A stretch of DNA of 58,760 nucleotides from IMG/VR virus record IMGVR_UViG_3300037502_000670, positions 1-58,760 of that record; one strand, given 5' to 3'. A program made the translations under genes and the position numbers. Origin of the DNA: a virus. Lineage: Duplodnaviria > Caudoviricetes. Of this stretch, positions 19,096 to 27,124 are shown piece by piece; within the stretch, counting starts at the first letter, position 1; each line of letters opens with the position of its first letter. Below the pieces are notes generated by a model. The model ran no database searches, was not told where the DNA came from, and saw only the letters and a list, made by a program, of their open reading frames with translations.

Positions 19096-19911
19096 CTAGT
19101 CCTTGATGGTGATGACACCAGCGTTGAGCCGCAGCTTGCGGCTGTTGGACTTGACCGTGTTCTCGAACACAGCAACCACGGCTTCGCCATAGGACGAGTA
19201 CTTCTGCACCGTCCATCGACTGGTGCAATGCGTCAGCAAGCGGGCTGTCTCGACCGACACCTCGCCGGACATGATAGCCTCGGTCAGTTCCTTCAGGTCG
19301 TCATCGCTGAAGTAGGTGTGGTAGCGCGGCTCGTCGTTCCTGTAGGCGTCAAGCGCACCGACACGGGCCATAGCCCGCAGCCTGAGCCGGAAGGATTTCA
19401 ATCCAGCCAGCCATTGCTTGCGTCTATCCTCGTTGACCTTGGGTGTCATGTCCTTGGGGTTGATAATCTCACCCGTCTTGAGGTTCAGGATCAGCCCTTG
19501 GAAATACTCCTGCGCTTCCTTACGCATCGCAAGGTACGCCTTGTAGCGGGCATCATACTCTGCGGTGGTGTACCCACCGTAGCTAGGTAACTTAGTCCAC
19601 GCGCTTTCATGTACGACTTTGTACCTGCCGGTATCGAAGTTCTGGAAATCTACTGGCAAGAGCTTAATCATGTTCATCGCAAGCGAATTGCCAGCAGCCC
19701 ACACCTGTCTGGTCGTAGCAACAAACTCCAGTGTGTCGTCCGGGTGCAGCTTCGCCAGCTTGAGGCTGTGACAATTGATTTCGATATGGTCATCCCGCAG
19801 GAACAGCCGGAAGGCTGACGTGTACTTGCGTCCACTGAGGTGGGGGCTTCTGCCCCCACTGACGAAATCGTACATCTCAGCATAGCTTTTGAACGGATGC
19901 TTCCAACCCAT
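19096..19911 (-). CDS. Hypothetical protein
   Basis: 271-aa ORF with AAGGAGGA RBS. Confidence 0.75.
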   Translation of the reverse strand: MGWKHPFKSYAEMYDFVSGGRSPHLSGRKYTSAFRLFLRDDHIEINCHSLKLAKLHPDDTLEFVATTRQVWAAGNSLAMNMIKLLPVDFQNFDTGRYKVVHESAWTKLPSYGGYTTAEYDARYKAYLAMRKEAQEYFQGLILNLKTGEIINPKDMTPKVNEDRRKQWLAGLKSFRLRLRAMARVGALDAYRNDEPRYHTYFSDDDLKELTEAIMSGEVSVETARLLTHCTSRWTVQKYSSYGEAVVAVFENTVKSNSRKLRLNAGVITIKD

Positions 19912-19921
19912 GGTGTCCTCC

Positions 19922-20560
19922 TTATCGGGTGATCTTGGCGATGGTGACGGCAGCAGTCAGGGACGTAAGGTCCACATCCAGTTCCGCCGCAGCAGCGGGC
20001 TTGGCACGCTCCACCACCTTGCGGTGGCGTTCACGAAACGTCTCAGGCACCAAGTCCCACAGCGGAGGCCATGCCTTGAGAGCAGGGGCCAGTGTCGAGT
20101 GTGCTTCGACCACGGCTTTCACACCGGATACGAACTCATCGCGCTGTTTCTCGAACGCCTTGATGTTCTGGTGCCATGCGATGATCTGGTCGATATACTG
20201 CTGGTACTTGGTACCCTCGCTCGGCAGCTTGATCGTGATGCCATACATGCTGTCGAGAAGCACACCGTCATCCAGCTTGATGCGGCTTTCCACCTTGGGG
20301 TACGGTGTCCTGCTCTCATAGGTCGCTTCGATATACCCACCGACACAGGGTGCCTTGATCTCCACGCGGGTGGTCCACCGGAAGAAATCTCTCGGCAACA
20401 TGTTTACGGATGGCATGAACTGGGCATAGGCCAGATCACACACCTCCTCTGCTATAGGCGGCAACGCCTTGAACGCATCTTGGATGCGCTTGCTGAACAA
20501 CGCCTTGGCATTGTCAGTTATGGCGTTTTTGAGTTCATCTGAGAAACGTACGACAGCCAT
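19922..20560 (-). CDS. Nmad5-like (nucleotide-modification associated domain 5) protein
   Basis: N-terminal RFSDELKNAI and C-terminal TLAPALKAWPPLWDLVP pattern recalled for Nmad5. Confidence 0.55.
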   Translation of the reverse strand: MAVVRFSDELKNAITDNAKALFSKRIQDAFKALPPIAEEVCDLAYAQFMPSVNMLPRDFFRWTTRVEIKAPCVGGYIEATYESRTPYPKVESRIKLDDGVLLDSMYGITIKLPSEGTKYQQYIDQIIAWHQNIKAFEKQRDEFVSGVKAVVEAHSTLAPALKAWPPLWDLVPETFRERHRKVVERAKPAAAAELDVDLTSLTAAVTIAKITR

Positions 20561-20564
20561 AAAC

Positions 20565-20753
20565 TTATACTCCTGTGTTGGTCTGGATTGTAAATCTGTT
20601 ATTCTTGAAGCTCACACTGGCCTTGCCCAGTGCGATGTTCTGCAGAGCCACCGTCATGCAATGCACATCACGATCACGCTTTCGCAGTTTCAGTTCCAAG
20701 GCTATTGCCCACAGGCATAGCCCTGTGATAATCGCGTATTCCATGGGGAGCAT
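20565..20753 (-). CDS. Small membrane-anchored protein
   Basis: YAIITGLCLWAIAL; CCAACAGGAGAGG RBS. Confidence 0.55.
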   Translation of the reverse strand: MLPMEYAIITGLCLWAIALELKLRKRDRDVHCMTVALQNIALGKASVSFKNNRFTIQTNTGV

Positions 20754-20808
20754 TCGCAGCCTCTCCTGTTGGTGCTGGGCGGGGGTCTGACTACCCCCGC
20801 CCGTTTTG

Positions 20809-21960
20809 TTACATGCGGACAACTTCACCCCACGGGGCCTTGTCCGCACCATTGGTCACCCACAGCACAGGATGCTCCGGTGCAGGACCAAAGTCATCGC
20901 AGTACAGGTCGGTGAGGAACACGGTCGCCACCGGGTTGATGTTATGTTCCGTCATGTAGCGGAACACCGGGCTGAACGCCGTACCACCGCCGCCATGGGG
21001 AGCAATGGTTGCATCATCGCCACGCTCAAACTTATCGTAGTGACACACGGTGCTGTCGAAGTAGATCACATGAGCCTTGACCGGACACATGTCCTCCCAG
21101 ATTGCACGGAACTCGGCAGCGAACTCGTTCAACTCCTTCTCGCCCACTGAACCGGAGCAGTCGATGGCAACAGCCACCTCACCCAGCACCTCACCGCTGA
21201 TGGATGGCAGGTACATTCCCATGGCAGCCATACGCCTGTTGGGCTTGGCCCATGACCGGGTGTCGTTCTTCTGGCGCTGCACGAACTTACGCAGCACTTC
21301 ACGCCAGTCCACCTTGGGCTGGAGCGTTTGCGACACAAGCCGTTCCATGCCAGCGGAGAGCTTGCCCATCATCTTGGCAGCTTGCGCTGCCTGAGCCACC
21401 CGAACGCGCATCTCGGCCTGTTCCTGCGCTACTTCAGCGGGTGAACCCTCGGCTTCCACCACGTCATCGCCCGTACCGGGAATGGGGTTACCACCGGACT
21501 GACCACCGCCTTGACCGCCACTACCATTGCCTTCCGGAGGTTCCGGCAAGATGTCATAGATACCATCCGTGGTGCCCTTGCCAGCGTCGTATGTCGCCTT
21601 GTTGAGCAAGCCACCGGGAATAAATTTCCCGATCTTCTCGTCGGTGAGAAGCTGGTTGATGACGTAATCGCCAGCCATGTTCCACTTCTTGTGGTTGCGA
21701 CCCTTCACGCGGTAGTTGTGCTCGAACATGGGATGGAACACCTCATGCGCCATGAGAAACTTAAGCTGCTCGTCGTCCAGTTCCTCGCAGAACTTGGGGT
21801 TGAACTCGATCCACTTGCCATTGGTGGCAGCGGTGGGAAAGCGTTCGCTCACCCGCAATTCGAGGTTCAGTGCCAGCGTGCCGATAAACGGCTGTTCAAG
21901 GACCAGTGCGGTCCTTGCCTTGGCAAGGCGCTTTTCGAGGGGCATTGTGTTGTGTTTCAT
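20809..21960 (-). CDS. DUF2201-type metallopeptidase-vWA protein
   Basis: TAATNG, HEVFH (HExxH), Gly-rich linker, MIDAS DCSGS, GGGGT and FLTD motifs. Confidence 0.88.
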   Translation of the reverse strand: MKHNTMPLEKRLAKARTALVLEQPFIGTLALNLELRVSERFPTAATNGKWIEFNPKFCEELDDEQLKFLMAHEVFHPMFEHNYRVKGRNHKKWNMAGDYVINQLLTDEKIGKFIPGGLLNKATYDAGKGTTDGIYDILPEPPEGNGSGGQGGGQSGGNPIPGTGDDVVEAEGSPAEVAQEQAEMRVRVAQAAQAAKMMGKLSAGMERLVSQTLQPKVDWREVLRKFVQRQKNDTRSWAKPNRRMAAMGMYLPSISGEVLGEVAVAIDCSGSVGEKELNEFAAEFRAIWEDMCPVKAHVIYFDSTVCHYDKFERGDDATIAPHGGGGTAFSPVFRYMTEHNINPVATVFLTDLYCDDFGPAPEHPVLWVTNGADKAPWGEVVRM

Positions 21961-22181
21961 TTCGTTTTCCTCGCGTTGATTAGAGTATTCACGTCGTACT
22001 GAAACTGCTGCCAGTTTGCTTTCTGTTCGCGTACTTCCATGTCGGAATAGGATTTCCACCGCATGGCAAGCACTTGCCCATTAGAAGCGTGTCCTCCATC
22101 CACCCAATAACCTAACTCAGGCAAACCCATTACTCGCAACTGAGCGAGTAGCGTTGTCACATTCTCCTTTCTGTACCTCAT
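21957..22181 (-). CDS. Small hypothetical protein (LAQLRVxG paralogue)
   Basis: ATGA-coupled; shares a motif with the adjacent gene. Confidence 0.6.
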   Translation of the reverse strand: MRYRKENVTTLLAQLRVMGLPELGYWVDGGHASNGQVLAMRWKSYSDMEVREQKANWQQFQYDVNTLINARKTK

Positions 22182-22387
22182 TCGTTAGTTCCTCCATTGT
22201 GGTCTATGTAGTCGGCAAGCGCAGGCCACCAGTAACGTAACTCACTTGGTGGCAATGTCCAAAACGGTGTCGCTTCATTGCTGCCCCCTGCGTAGAACAG
22301 CGGGAACTCAACACCCAGCACCCGTAACTGTGCCAAGATGAGCCTAGCTTTCTTCAGGCCGGGGTATTGTCGTGGGATATCCATCAC
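22178..22387 (-). CDS. Small hypothetical protein (LAQLRVxG paralogue)
   Basis: Coupled starts/stops; shared motif. Confidence 0.6.
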   Translation of the reverse strand: MMDIPRQYPGLKKARLILAQLRVLGVEFPLFYAGGSNEATPFWTLPPSELRYWWPALADYIDHNGGTNE

Positions 22388-23235
22388 TGCCCCATGAACA
22401 CAGCCATGCGGTCCATGATTTCCTTGGCCTTGGCAGCGGTGTCACGCCGCAGGTCAGGGTCATTACGCAGTGCATCGGGGTGATACGAGATCAGCTTGCT
22501 CTCCACCTCACGGCGCATCTGCTCCAGTGTCGGATCATCAGCGAAGTTAAGCCGGGGAAGCAACTCACAGAGTTCACGGGCGTTCTCCAGCATTGTGTCA
22601 CGGAACACCGCGCTGGGATTGGCAAGACGCTCCTCAATATGTTTCACCTTGTCGTAGAGACGCTGCCATACGTCCTTCATTGCGGAAGCACTTGCTTCCT
22701 GCACCCGGCGCTCCACGTCCTGTTGGATACGCGATAGCTCCTCACTGGCAATGCTGACACGGAAGTCATTGGACGGAACCGGGAACACCGCGAGGTCCAT
22801 CTTGAACTTGCGGTCGATATTGTCAGGGTGCGGATAGTCGTTGGCGTCGAACAACGGGCCAAGGGTGCGCTTGGCATCGTTAATGTAGCTTTCGTAGTTC
22901 ATGGTGAACTGTGTCACCAGCCATTGCCATTCGGACTTCTTCTTGCGGAAGCTGGTCATAAACTCGAGATAGTTGGACGTGGGCAGCAACTGCGTGCCTT
23001 CGATGCCCCACGGCAACGTGTTGTCGTAGAACTCACCACGGATTTGATTGGCCTTGCGGTGGACCAGATCAAGCTGGTCATTCATGGGCAGCAAGGACTT
23101 GTTATACCGACCGACAATGGCATCCACGCCATTGCTGTCAGCCACCTCCTTGGTGGCCCGCTTGTCGAACTTACGGGCTGTCCACTGGCTGATGTTCAAC
23201 TGCACCAGCAATGCTCTGTCGTTGAGGTTCATCAC
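22384..23235 (-). CDS. DUF3150-like protein associated with MoxR/vWA modules
   Basis: LNISQWTARK, TLPW and DYP motifs, helical C-half, located between the AAA+ and vWA genes. Confidence 0.6.
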   Translation of the reverse strand: MMNLNDRALLVQLNISQWTARKFDKRATKEVADSNGVDAIVGRYNKSLLPMNDQLDLVHRKANQIRGEFYDNTLPWGIEGTQLLPTSNYLEFMTSFRKKKSEWQWLVTQFTMNYESYINDAKRTLGPLFDANDYPHPDNIDRKFKMDLAVFPVPSNDFRVSIASEELSRIQQDVERRVQEASASAMKDVWQRLYDKVKHIEERLANPSAVFRDTMLENARELCELLPRLNFADDPTLEQMRREVESKLISYHPDALRNDPDLRRDTAAKAKEIMDRMAVFMGQ

Positions 23236-23426
23236 TTCTCTCCTGTGGTTATACGTTGGTATGCACGATATGCGGTAAACAACTCCTCACCCACCCCCTC
23301 ACGGAGAATGGTTGTCAGGTCTTTGTAGGGCCACTCTGCGGCATGGGCGAACATCGCCCGCTGTATCATTTCGCGCTTGTCCCGATGAAAGCGCATCAGC
23401 CACTCGTAGAATGATGGACGGATCAC
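23232..23426 (-). CDS. Small hypothetical protein
   Basis: GTG start after AGGAG; coupled to neighbours. Confidence 0.55.
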   Translation of the reverse strand: MIRPSFYEWLMRFHRDKREMIQRAMFAHAAEWPYKDLTTILREGVGEELFTAYRAYQRITTGEK

Positions 23427-23608
23427 TTGCGGCGCTCCTGTAACGTAGCGGCCTTGTAGGCCAGCCACTTGAACCAAAGACCGGGTTCTTCCTTCTGAAT
23501 GCGCGTTACAATTTTTGTGTTCACCTTTGTTGGTGACTTGCGCGTTATACCCTGCTCACGCAGGAACTTGGCAAACAACACCGCCTCACCGAACTCCATC
23601 ATATCCAC
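23423..23608 (-). CDS. Small hypothetical protein
   Basis: 61-aa ORF overlapping both neighbours. Confidence 0.55.
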   Translation of the reverse strand: MDMMEFGEAVLFAKFLREQGITRKSPTKVNTKIVTRIQKEEPGLWFKWLAYKAATLQERRK

Positions 23609-23805
23609 CCCTGTAACCGGGCATAAGCCCTCGCTATTTTGAACACGGCAGGATAGTGGCGCTGCACGAAATGCTGGAAGGATATGTGCATACTGGTGTT
23701 ATCGTGGAGGTGCGCTTCGTATTCGGTGTAGATAATATCAAGCAAGGCACCACCCTGCGTTGCCCTTATGGCCCGCCCCACTGCAAAATAGTGTTTCTTG
23801 TCCAT
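23599..23805 (-). CDS. Small hypothetical protein
   Basis: 68-aa ORF with AGGAG RBS. Confidence 0.6.
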   Translation of the reverse strand: MDKKHYFAVGRAIRATQGGALLDIIYTEYEAHLHDNTSMHISFQHFVQRHYPAVFKIARAYARLQGWI

Positions 23806-23808
23806 CGC

Positions 23809-23893
23809 CCACTCCTATCGGCAATGCTGCGATGCAGCACTATCGGCAGGAGTGGTGGGGCTATAGCCCCACCACGTTAGCCCTACGGGCTAA
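23809..23893 (-). promoter_or_regulatory. Structured intercistronic region with three hairpins, one sequestering an RBS
   Basis: TTAGCCC/GGGCTAA stem; perfect palindrome GTGGTGGGGCTATAGCCCCACCAC; CCACTCCT...AGGAGTGG stem covering the SD. Confidence 0.55.
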
Positions 23894-24945
23894 AAGAGAA
23901 CATCCTGATGTGCCACAGCCCACTTGGAAAACGCCGCACTGGATGCCAGTGACGGATCACGCCGCGTTGCAAGGCTGATAGCAAGCACACTGAACTCAGG
24001 CGGCATACGCTCCACATAGGTGCAAACCCGGTCGAAGTTGCCAGTGGTTGCCTTGCTGGCGAGAGCACCGGACAGCGCATAGAGGGTGGAGGGTTCCGTG
24101 GGCACCTCGGAACCAGTGGGGTTGAGCAGGATTGCATCGGGGTTAGGCAGCTTGCGCCAGATACGCAGGAAGCCCGTGAACTCAGCCGCAGGGCCTTCAC
24201 CCACGGCACCGCTGAACGTCTCGTACTCGGCCTCTGGCGGCACGTTACCGACCATGGCACCGACACCCTCCACCCATGACCGGGGAGTGGGGTTCTTGTC
24301 ACGCTGGGGGTCGAAATCGTGCAGCATGGCGGGCTTGAACCGGATGAAGCTGATAAGCTCCGGCTGGACGTTATGGTCAATCGCCCACTTGGTCCAGTCA
24401 TCAAGGTGCGTCTCGTACTCGTATGTCGTCTCGCGGTCGCTGAGATGGCTCAGCACCTTGTTGGCACCAGCCCGGTCCTTCTGGCGATTGCCGGTGGATA
24501 CGACCATCCAGCCTTCCTTCATCCGCACACCGTGGAGGTTACGTGCCTGCTGGACGTTGGCGAGGACTTTCTGCAACTCTGCACCGCACTGGTTGCGGTC
24601 ATCGAAGCAGATGAACCCCCGTTCCGGCAGGTCATCCCTGTACTCGGCAGGGAACCAGTCCGGCACCTTGTACCCAAACGTATTGCTCTCCGTGTTCAGC
24701 ATGTCAGGGATGCCGAAATCCTCCACCACCATGGTGGGCATGTGCTTCTCGACATAGCCGAACTCGTTATCCCCGAACACCTGACAGGAGCCGACATAGT
24801 GGTATGCCGTGGTCCCAGCCAGATCAGCCGCCGTATCGCGGACGAGGCTCGTTTTACCGCCACCGGGCGCACCTTCGATGATGACACTACGCTTGTTGCT
24901 GTTGTAGATGGCCTTGAGCGTAGCCTTGAGCAGTTCTGGACGCAT
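23890..24945 (-). CDS. MoxR-like AAA+ ATPase
   Basis: Walker A GAPGGGKT, Walker B FICFDD, STGNR sensor, LSDR and PTPRSW motifs. Confidence 0.88.
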   Translation of the reverse strand: MRPELLKATLKAIYNSNKRSVIIEGAPGGGKTSLVRDTAADLAGTTAYHYVGSCQVFGDNEFGYVEKHMPTMVVEDFGIPDMLNTESNTFGYKVPDWFPAEYRDDLPERGFICFDDRNQCGAELQKVLANVQQARNLHGVRMKEGWMVVSTGNRQKDRAGANKVLSHLSDRETTYEYETHLDDWTKWAIDHNVQPELISFIRFKPAMLHDFDPQRDKNPTPRSWVEGVGAMVGNVPPEAEYETFSGAVGEGPAAEFTGFLRIWRKLPNPDAILLNPTGSEVPTEPSTLYALSGALASKATTGNFDRVCTYVERMPPEFSVLAISLATRRDPSLASSAAFSKWAVAHQDVLF

Positions 24946-24971
24946 TCTATGTGTTTCCTGTTGGTTGTTGT

Positions 24972-25023
24972 GGTCTCATCAGGCGGTGCATGACACCGCG
25001 ACCGCCGCTAGGCGGTTTCGACC
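24972..25023 (-). ncRNA. Type II hammerhead ribozyme
   Basis: GGUC-GAAA-CCGCC(UAGC)GGCGG-UC^GCGGUG(UCAUG)CACCGC-CUGAUGA-GACC. All core nucleotides, three perfect stems and a GUC triplet are present, in an intergenic position. Confidence 0.9.
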
Positions 25024-25032
25024 TTATGTTTG

Positions 25033-25311
25033 CTACACCGGAGCCACTGGTGTGTCGTCATCCTCATCGCTGTCAGCCCAGTCATCCTCGCTGAAATCAA
25101 AGTCACCGGGATATGCCAGCACTGGTTGCTCCAGTGCCGCCTTGAGGCGATCCACCGTGGTGGTGAGCGATCCGATATCCTCCCCAGTGAGGAAGGGTTC
25201 GCCATGGGCGTAGGGCTTGCCTTGCTTGTTGTAGAACACCTCCACCAGTGACAGGGTGAGTTCGAGCGTTTCATCATCCACAGTGCGGATAACTCGGTGG
25301 TTCCAGTACAT
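25033..25311 (-). CDS. Conserved small phage early protein
   Basis: MYWNHRVI...LVEVFYN...ALEQPVL pattern; GAGG RBS. Confidence 0.7.
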   Translation of the reverse strand: MYWNHRVIRTVDDETLELTLSLVEVFYNKQGKPYAHGEPFLTGEDIGSLTTTVDRLKAALEQPVLAYPGDFDFSEDDWADSDEDDDTPVAPV

Positions 25312-25366
25312 GTTAGCCTCGTTTGACTAGTTATGAGTGGGATATGTCAGACACATACAAACATCT

Positions 25367-25732
25367 TTATGCAGCGATCTCGTTCCCTGCCAAGCGCCAT
25401 ACTACCAACTGCTCGTAGCCAACGGCAACGAGGGTCTTCATCGCTGTGCATGACAGCTTGGTGGGTATGATGTGGAAGGGATGTGCCTTGCTGTAGTGCT
25501 TGGATGTCGTGGTGCCGTACTTGTCCTCGTTGGCGAACCAGCGGTGAGTGGTGGGCTCATAGACGAACAGTGGCCAGTGCTGGCCATAGCTAAACACGGC
25601 GTAGACGCCGCTATCGCACCAGTAACCGAACAGTTGCTTGTTGCTCGTATGGAAGGGAACCCTACGCTCCACGAAGGTGCGGCAGGACTGGACAGTGGTC
25701 TCATGGGCGGTTACGCCGTTAATCTTACCCAT
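25367..25732 (-). CDS. Conserved phage early protein
   Basis: YAVFSYGQHWPLF...KYGTTTSKH motif; GGAGG RBS. Confidence 0.7.
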   Translation of the reverse strand: MGKINGVTAHETTVQSCRTFVERRVPFHTSNKQLFGYWCDSGVYAVFSYGQHWPLFVYEPTTHRWFANEDKYGTTTSKHYSKAHPFHIIPTKLSCTAMKTLVAVGYEQLVVWRLAGNEIAA

Positions 25733-25892
25733 TGTTGACTTCCTCCATATCATCCAGATGTTGTTCGATCAGCTTGATAACCGTATCAAGCACCATGATC
25801 CTGTTAAGACCATCCATGTTGTCCACCTCACGGATGGTACGAACCAGCAGCTTAAGCATAGCCCGGTCAGCGGGCACTTCTGTCCTAACCAT
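25725..25892 (-). CDS. Small hypothetical protein (55 aa)
   Basis: MVRTEVPADRAMLKLL...; TAATG coupling with the upstream gene. Confidence 0.5.
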   Translation of the reverse strand: MVRTEVPADRAMLKLLVRTIREVDNMDGLNRIMVLDTVIKLIEQHLDDMEEVNNG

Positions 25893-26092
25893 TACTTTAC
25901 ATTGCCTCCTTTGTTGTTAATGCCAAGAAGCTCTTGGCGGCTGGTGATGACTGTATAGTTGCTCTTGTGCATAGGCACTACGGTAAACTTAACACCCTTA
26001 GCGTGATGAGCACCACAGGTGATACACGTATCGGAGATACGCGCTCTTGCTATGGGCAGTATAGGAAGTTTACAAACCTTACAGTTTAGCAT
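25892..26092 (-). CDS. DksA/TraR-type C4 zinc-finger-like protein
   Basis: CKVCKLPILPIARARISDTCITC; TAAGGA RBS; first gene after the promoter at 26131-26160. Confidence 0.6.
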   Translation of the reverse strand: MLNCKVCKLPILPIARARISDTCITCGAHHAKGVKFTVVPMHKSNYTVITSRQELLGINNKGGNVK

Positions 26093-26130
26093 GTATAGTT
26101 CCTTATGGACGTAGTTTGGGCCGGGCCTCC

Positions 26131-26160
26131 ATTGTGCCACGGGGCGGGGCGGCTTGTCAA
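26131..26160 (-). promoter_or_regulatory. Early sigma70-type promoter
   Basis: TTGACA-N18-CACAAT with a TG extension. Confidence 0.6.
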
Positions 26161-26169
26161 AGCGGCGGC

Positions 26170-26700
26170 CTTAAGATGTGTAAGGTTTGTATAGTTTGAT
26201 AGTGGTGAAGGTGTAAGGTTTGTAAAGTTGTTAAGGCAAGGCGTGTAAAGTAGCAAAAATGATTTGTAAAGTAGCAAAAAATGGAGGCGGGTATCTGAGT
26301 ATTAGAGATAGTGAATATAGGAACAAAACCAATGGGTTAGTGTGTAAAGAAAGGCAGGTATCTAAACTATCTAAGTTTTTGGAGGTAATGTGGTGCTAAA
26401 AAATTTTTTGGACGAATGTCCCAGTTAAGTTGTAAAGCAGTGTCGTTCTACATTTGTTCCAAGAATTATTTTGCGGTGTCGTGTAACCCAAAAACCCTTA
26501 TTATTTAGATTTTCTGTCTAATATAATATATATATATAGGAGCCAACCCCTTGGTTTTACTGCGTTTCCTTGGTGTAAAGTGTAAACTTCTAGGAATAAT
26601 GTCGGTTAAGTTTCGTTTTGCTAGTTTACATTGTCTAGATACTTAACAAGTTTACACAGCTAGATGCCCAAGTTTACAGTGTTAAGTCGTGTTAACGCGC
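26170..26700. other. AT-rich non-coding region, putative replication origin/regulatory hub
   Basis: No credible ORF. Many TGTAAA/TTTACA and TATCTA/TAGAT repeats, direct repeat TGTAAAGTAGCAAAAA, and a (TA)n tract at 26519-26538. Confidence 0.6.
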
Positions 26701-26817
26701 GCATAATGCGACCTATAGGCCCCCGACGTATGGTCGAGCGATAGCGAGACCGAACCGCGCAGCAACTAGAGGCTTCGACGTTTAGAGGCGGTCAGTGCCC
26801 GCTGGTTCGCAGACAAC

Positions 26818-26848
26818 AAAAAAGGGTGGGGGCTCACGCCCTCCACCC
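26818..26848 (-). terminator. Rho-independent terminator
   Basis: GGGTGGAGGGC-GTGA-GCCCCCACCC-TTTTTT. Confidence 0.8.
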
Positions 26849-26902
26849 GTAGATGATAACCAGTCCGATAGCGACGAAGAGTAGATAGAATGCAAGTGTC
26901 AT
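26834..26902 (-). CDS. 22-aa hydrophobic peptide
   Basis: MTLAFYLLFVAIGLVIIYGWRA, preceded by CAACAGGAG RBS. Confidence 0.55.
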   Translation of the reverse strand: MTLAFYLLFVAIGLVIIYGWRA

Positions 26903-26950
26903 GTGTTCCACTCCTGTTGAGGTAGAGGGGCGGTTTCCCGCCCCTCCCGT

Positions 26951-27124
26951 TTAGCCCTTGATCTCGTGGATGATCCGCCCGAGTTCGTCCTTTATAACGA
27001 TGGGGAACGGCGGCTTCGCTTGCCTCGCGGCGAGCGTGCTTGCCTTATCCAAGGCCCGTGTCCACGAGTGGACTAGGGCAGAGGTTTCCCGACCATTGGC
27101 GGCATAATAGGTCACGAAGTACAT
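26951..27124 (-). CDS. Small early protein (57 aa)
   Basis: MYFVTYYAANG..., preceded by CCAACAGGAGA RBS. Confidence 0.6.
   Translation of the reverse strand: MYFVTYYAANGRETSALVHSWTRALDKASTLAARQAKPPFPIVIKDELGRIIHEIKG

Noticed and set aside
26170-26300. Short repeats as a CRISPR mini-array
   Set aside because: The repeats are 14-16 bp with irregular short spacing, not a repeat-spacer architecture.
26682-26695. Possible CtrA box
   Set aside because: Spacing is TTAA-N6-TTAA rather than the canonical N7.
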